DNA of 64,000 nucleotides from Bacteroidales bacterium (GTDB lineage: Bacteria; Bacteroidota; Bacteroidia; Bacteroidales; G3-4614), in NCBI GenBank assembly GCA_017521245.1, contig JAFXDI010000001.1, positions 227,178 through 291,177 on the forward strand, given 5' to 3'. Position 1 is the first letter of the stretch. The number at the start of each line of letters is the position of its first letter. This document shows positions 59,620 to 64,000 of the stretch, one piece after another. The notes beneath the pieces were generated by a model. The model did no database searches. It was not told the origin of the DNA and saw only the letters and a program-made list of their open reading frames with translations. A program made the position numbers and the translations under genes.

Positions 59620-60121
59620 AAAGTACCGAACTAATCTTTAAAAATTCGCTTTCAAAATTGGGGGTGAAAATTCCTTTACCAATGTTGTTTTGTATATCTG
59701 TTATACTCCAAAATCTACCTTCATCAACTTCGTCAAGATCAGGAGTAATAACACCATTATATACAGTTTTGTAGCAATTGATAAGTTCGCGTTCAATCTC
59801 TGATTCAAACAGATATTTAGTAACCAAAGAGAACTCAAATTCGGTAATGCCCAGCTCTTCTCGAGCCTCACGCTTTAAAGCTACCTCAATCTCCTCGCCA
59901 TAATCTATGTGGCCACCAACAGCTGTATCCCATTTGCCGGGTTGAATATCCTTCTTCATAGAGCGTTTTTGAAGATACAACTCACCCTTGTCGTTAAGGA
60001 TATGTAGATGCACAACTGGGTGTAGAGGTTTGCTGCCTCCATGACAATAACTTCTTGTAGCCTTGCCAATAACAATACCCTCTTCGTCTACTAAAGGGAA
60101 TAGCTCATCACCATTACTCAT
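59609..60121 (-). CDS. Nudix hydrolase
   Basis: The Nudix box reads GGHIDYGEEIEVALKREAREELGI. I used the ATG at 60121 (MSNGDELFPLVDE), which lies 4 nt after the topB stop, rather than the track start at 60190. Confidence 0.85.
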   Translation of the reverse strand: MSNGDELFPLVDEEGIVIGKATRSYCHGGSKPLHPVVHLHILNDKGELYLQKRSMKKDIQPGKWDTAVGGHIDYGEEIEVALKREAREELGITEFEFSLVTKYLFESEIERELINCYKTVYNGVITPDLDEVDEGRFWSITDIQNNIGKGIFTPNFESEFLKISSVLCAN

Positions 60122-60125
60122 TGCC

Positions 60126-62210
60126 TTAATTGTTATTAGGTTTATAATTTTCTGCAATAGAAGCCAATTTGTTGCTATCTGCATCGGCACTACACTCTAA
60201 GAATGGAATAGTAAATCTACAACCACTCTTCCATTCAGAGCAACCGTATGCACTCTTACCCTTAATCAATATACCCTTACCGCAAATGGGGCATTTAACA
60301 TCTTTATTGGCCTCTTTCTTAACCTTAGGTCTCTTCTCCGATTTGTTAGTTTGTTTACTCTTCTTCTCTTTTGTTGAAGAGCCACTTTTCTTGCTATTAT
60401 TACTACTATTCTCCTCAATGGTAATAACCTTGTAACCTGCATTTCTAACATTGGTTACAATATCCATAACCATCAATTTGAGTTCTTCCAAGAATACTTT
60501 ACCGCTATACTCTTTCTTCTCAATTTTACGAAGTTTATTCTCCCATTGACCGGTAAGCTCAGCAGATTTCAGAAGTTCTTCATCAATAGTATCAATAAGT
60601 TCAACACCGGTAGGAGTAGCAAACAAACTCTTACGCTCTTTTCTTATGTAGTTACGTTTATAAAGAGTCTCAATAATAGCTGCTCTTGTTGATGGACGTC
60701 CAATACCGTTCTCTTTAAGAGCGTCCCTAAGTTCATCGCTGTCAACAAACTTACCGGCAGTCTCCATTGCTCTAAGTAGAGTAGCCTCAGTATATGGTTT
60801 AGGAGGTTGAGTCATCTTCTCCGAAAGAGTAGGAGAGTGAGGTCCACTCTCTCCTTTAACAAAGGTAGGAAGAATCTTCTCCTCATCTTCATTTTGATTA
60901 TCATCATCCCCTTTACTCTTCTCAAAAACAATACGCCATCCCTGCTCTAAAATTTCTTTACCGGTAGCTTTAAACTCTACCTCATTGCACTCACCTAATA
61001 CCGTTGTAGTAGCAAATTTGCAATCGGGAAAGAATACCGCTATAAATCGCCTCGCAATAATATCATAAACCTTTCTCTCGTTATCCGAGAGAGAGTTTGG
61101 CGTAACATTAGTGGGAATTATAGCATGGTGGTCAGTAACCTTTGAATCATCAAAAACCTTTTTAGATTTAGGAAGACTTTTAAGATTAAGGTTATTAATA
61201 AATTCACTATATGTTGCATTTCTACCTAAAGCACCCATTATGCCAGGAACCTTAGGATATATATCATTACTTAAAAAAGTTGTATCAACGCGAGGATAAG
61301 TGGTAAACTTCTTCTCGTATAAACTTTGAATAATTTTCAATGTATCATCAGCAGAGAAAGAAAATTTTTTGTTACACTCCACTTGTAACGAAGTTAAGTC
61401 AAATAGGCGAGGAGGAGCCTCTTTACCCTGCTTCTTTGAAACATCAGTAATAAAAAACTCTTTATCCAATATTGCATTCAGAGCCTCTTGTCCTTTCTCT
61501 ATTGCATCAAATTTACCCTTTGCAGCGGAGAAAACAGTATCTCTATAAAGAGTCTTTAATTCCCAATAAGGAGTCGGAATAAAGTTCTCAATCTCCTTTT
61601 GTCTGTTAACGATTAGTGCAAGTGTAGGAGTCTGTACTCTACCAACCGACAATACTTGTCTGTTCTGTCCATATTTAACGGTGTAGAGTCTTGTTGCGTT
61701 AATACCTAATAACCAATCACCAATAGAGCGAGTAAGACCAGCTTCATACAATTTATCAAACTCCTCTTGAGGTTTAAGAGAGTTAAAGCCCTCTCTAATA
61801 GATTCCTCAGTAAGGGATGAAATCCATAATCTCTCTACCTTACATTTGCAACCAGCCAATTGCATAACCCATCTCTGAATTAACTCACCTTCTTGCCCGG
61901 CATCACCGCAGTTGATAACTGTATCTGCCGAAGCAATAAGTTTAGCAATAGTTGCAAATTGTTTCTCTACCCCTTTGTCATTTATAAGTTTAATACCAAA
62001 TTTAGGAGGAATCATAGGAAGAGTGTTTATATTCCAGCTCTTCCATTCAGAGGCATATTCATGAGGTTCCTTAAGAGAGCAGAGGTGTCCGAAGGTCCAA
62101 GTAACACAATAGCCATTTCCTTCAAAATAGCCATCCTGTCTATTGTTTGCACCAATGATTGACGCAATCTCTTTGGCAACACTCGGTTTCTCTGCAATAC
62201 AAACTTTCAT
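60126..62210 (-). CDS. topB: DNA topoisomerase III with a K-rich linker and a C-terminal zinc ribbon
   Basis: It has a Toprim N-terminus (MKVCIAEKPS), a type IA core (TTYPRVDT, GRPSTRA) and a C-terminal CPICGKG...CSEWKSGC. Confidence 0.92.
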   Translation of the reverse strand: MKVCIAEKPSVAKEIASIIGANNRQDGYFEGNGYCVTWTFGHLCSLKEPHEYASEWKSWNINTLPMIPPKFGIKLINDKGVEKQFATIAKLIASADTVINCGDAGQEGELIQRWVMQLAGCKCKVERLWISSLTEESIREGFNSLKPQEEFDKLYEAGLTRSIGDWLLGINATRLYTVKYGQNRQVLSVGRVQTPTLALIVNRQKEIENFIPTPYWELKTLYRDTVFSAAKGKFDAIEKGQEALNAILDKEFFITDVSKKQGKEAPPRLFDLTSLQVECNKKFSFSADDTLKIIQSLYEKKFTTYPRVDTTFLSNDIYPKVPGIMGALGRNATYSEFINNLNLKSLPKSKKVFDDSKVTDHHAIIPTNVTPNSLSDNERKVYDIIARRFIAVFFPDCKFATTTVLGECNEVEFKATGKEILEQGWRIVFEKSKGDDDNQNEDEEKILPTFVKGESGPHSPTLSEKMTQPPKPYTEATLLRAMETAGKFVDSDELRDALKENGIGRPSTRAAIIETLYKRNYIRKERKSLFATPTGVELIDTIDEELLKSAELTGQWENKLRKIEKKEYSGKVFLEELKLMVMDIVTNVRNAGYKVITIEENSSNNSKKSGSSTKEKKSKQTNKSEKRPKVKKEANKDVKCPICGKGILIKGKSAYGCSEWKSGCRFTIPFLECSADADSNKLASIAENYKPNNN

Positions 62211-62219
62211 AAAGTAATC

Positions 62220-62843
62220 TTATAAATCCTCCTCGCTTTTAAGAGTCGGAAGAGTCCATTTATATCTAACAGCCATAATACGAGTAGCAATAACACCACC
62301 GGCTGCAAGAATTTGAGTGATAATATCATTTACACCCATACGGAACGAAATCCAATAAACAATACCACCAAAGATACAAGCCGAAGCATAAATATCTTTT
62401 CTAAAAATCAGAGGTTCCTCATTAACAAGAATATCTCTTAAAATACCTCCAAAAGCACCAGTTAAGGTACCCATTATAATAGCAACCCAGAATGGATAAT
62501 CCAAAGCAACTGATTTTTGAATACCAACTACAACAAAAAGAGCTAAACCAATTGTATCAAATATAAAAAAGGTATTCTCAAAACGTAGAATGTTCTTTTG
62601 AAGAATAATAACCAATAGCAAAGCTGCGGCAGTAATAATCAAATATATTGAGTCGCTCATCCAAAAGGGGGTGACATCTAAAAGAAGATCACGAAGAGTT
62701 CCACCGCCAATAGCAGTAACAAGTCCGACAACGTATGCCCCAAAGAGGTCGAACCTCTTTCGGGCAGCCATTCTTATACCGCTTATTGCAAAAGCAAAAG
62801 TTCCTATAATCTCAACAATATACAAAAATGTGCTATTACTCAT
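62220..62843 (-). CDS. Trimeric intracellular cation channel family protein (UPF0126/YadS-like)
   Basis: Two UPF0126 repeats carry Gly-rich motifs (AIGGGTLRDLLL and GAFGGILRDIL). Seven hydrophobic helices are present. Confidence 0.8.
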   Translation of the reverse strand: MSNSTFLYIVEIIGTFAFAISGIRMAARKRFDLFGAYVVGLVTAIGGGTLRDLLLDVTPFWMSDSIYLIITAAALLLVIILQKNILRFENTFFIFDTIGLALFVVVGIQKSVALDYPFWVAIIMGTLTGAFGGILRDILVNEEPLIFRKDIYASACIFGGIVYWISFRMGVNDIITQILAAGGVIATRIMAVRYKWTLPTLKSEEDL

Positions 62844-62906
62844 CTCTCCTATTGCAAATATTCTTTATTATTGGTTAAAATCAAGATGTTATATCTGCTA
62901 ATATAA

Positions 62907-64000
62907 TTAGTTATTAACACCAACCATCATTACCTCAAACTTGTCGGCATTTTTGAAGATTTTCTTTATAAACTTTTGAACATCTTCAGCAGTTATATCC
63001 TCTATTATCTCAACATAGTTCAAGACATCGGTAGTTCCGTAAAGAGCCTTGTTGTTAAGCTCGCTAACCCAGAAACTATTTCGTTTTACATTATCGTTAG
63101 CCTTTTTGAGCATATACTTTTTAACGCGTTCAAATTTCTCGTTATCGATATCTTCGTTAATCACTTTAAACATCTCTTTGATGGCGCGATTTTTCAAGCG
63201 GTCCATACTCTCAACGTTAGTATCAAAAGCAAAACGGAATACCCATTCATTATTTAATGTGATAACTGCTTTAGTACCGACGCCGTATGTTCCACCCTCT
63301 TCCTCACGTATAGTAGAGGTATAAACCATATCCATAATTTGCTCAAAGATGCTTATCATCATCAGATTTTTTGTAGTACATTTGGTCTTACCAATAAATC
63401 CGCAATTAACAGTACCAACAATGTTTTCCATCTCTCTCTCAAACACATTAATGTACTCATCGTGACGCATACCATATTTGTCGTCACCACATTTCTCTTT
63501 TTTCTTAGAAGAGGGAAGAGATCCAATATATTTCTCAAATAGAGGGCGAAGAGTCTCTTCGTCAATATTACCAACAACATTGAATGTGAAGTCTCCCGCA
63601 TTGCTGAAACGCTCTTTCCAAATTTCAATGATTCTATCGTAACTAATTAATCCAGCTTTATCAATATCCATAGATACTCTTCTTGGATTACCTTTATATA
63701 TAGCAACGGCAACCGAGTCGGATACTGCATTCTTTGGGTCTGCATCTTTATTTTTCAAAGCCTCTTCAAGAGCATCTTGCCAAACCGCAAATGTTTCATC
63801 ATCTTTACTAATATCAGTAAAATGTAGATATATTAACTGTAAGAATGTCTCAATATCCTTTACCGAACTAACACCTCTTACAGCCTCCGATTTATTGCCC
63901 AGACTAACCGAAGCATTAGCACGTTTACCTGCCAATAACTTTTTGATTTCGTTATCAGTAAAACCGCCAAGTTTACTTAAACCTATAACCTCGTCAAAAA
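62907..64000 (-). CDS. M16 (pitrilysin/insulinase) family peptidase, C-terminal part (gene continues beyond the window end)
   Basis: The reading frame stays open to position 64000; the track start at 63935 is an internal TTG. The sequence resembles the non-catalytic C-terminal halves of large Bacteroidota M16 proteins. Confidence 0.65.
   Translation of the reverse strand, partial: FDEVIGLSKLGGFTDNEIKKLLAGKRANASVSLGNKSEAVRGVSSVKDIETFLQLIYLHFTDISKDDETFAVWQDALEEALKNKDADPKNAVSDSVAVAIYKGNPRRVSMDIDKAGLISYDRIIEIWKERFSNAGDFTFNVVGNIDEETLRPLFEKYIGSLPSSKKKEKCGDDKYGMRHDEYINVFEREMENIVGTVNCGFIGKTKCTTKNLMMISIFEQIMDMVYTSTIREEEGGTYGVGTKAVITLNNEWVFRFAFDTNVESMDRLKNRAIKEMFKVINEDIDNEKFERVKKYMLKKANDNVKRNSFWVSELNNKALYGTTDVLNYVEIIEDITAEDVQKFIKKIFKNADKFEVMMVGVNN

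Overview
This window reads as a core chromosomal segment of an AT-rich Bacteroidota (Bacteroidales-type) genome. The taxonomic call rests on three proteins ending in T9SS C-terminal sorting domains, TAnnTTTG-type -7 promoter boxes in front of most transcription units with no Shine-Dalgarno sequences, a meso-DAP dehydrogenase, and the dut-TPR-lipoprotein-M23 gene order. I count about 49 protein genes, nearly all housekeeping: metH, ruvC, gdhA, dut, dnaN, coaBC, recN, sbcCD, thrS, pgk, pyrF, prfA, an aromatic amino-acid operon, tilS, pheS, nth, fabG and topB. I found no rRNA, tRNA, CRISPR array, transposase, integrase or phage gene, and no convincing multi-gene novel system such as a defence island or toxin cassette. 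The signals worth a second look are non-coding. (1) A 20-codon Phe/Tyr-rich leader peptide with mutually exclusive antiterminator/terminator hairpins lies in front of the aromatic amino-acid operon (47007-47216). (2) An 86-bp tandem repeat array upstream of ruvC-metH carries a -7 box and two hairpins with identical loops in each copy (5567-5905). (3) Several families of short dispersed intergenic hairpin or heptamer modules occur; one pair shows a compensatory base-pair change, and many are stop-codon-rich in all frames. (4) A C9 homopolymer sits between a T9SS-secreted LamG protein gene and ybaK. (5) Orphan plus-strand terminators sit in a minus-strand-only region. (6) A 1595-aa ricin-lectin/GH2/GEVED-like/T9SS beta-galactosidase is encoded. 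All functional calls come from reading the supplied translations and the DNA by eye. No database search or folding calculation was run.
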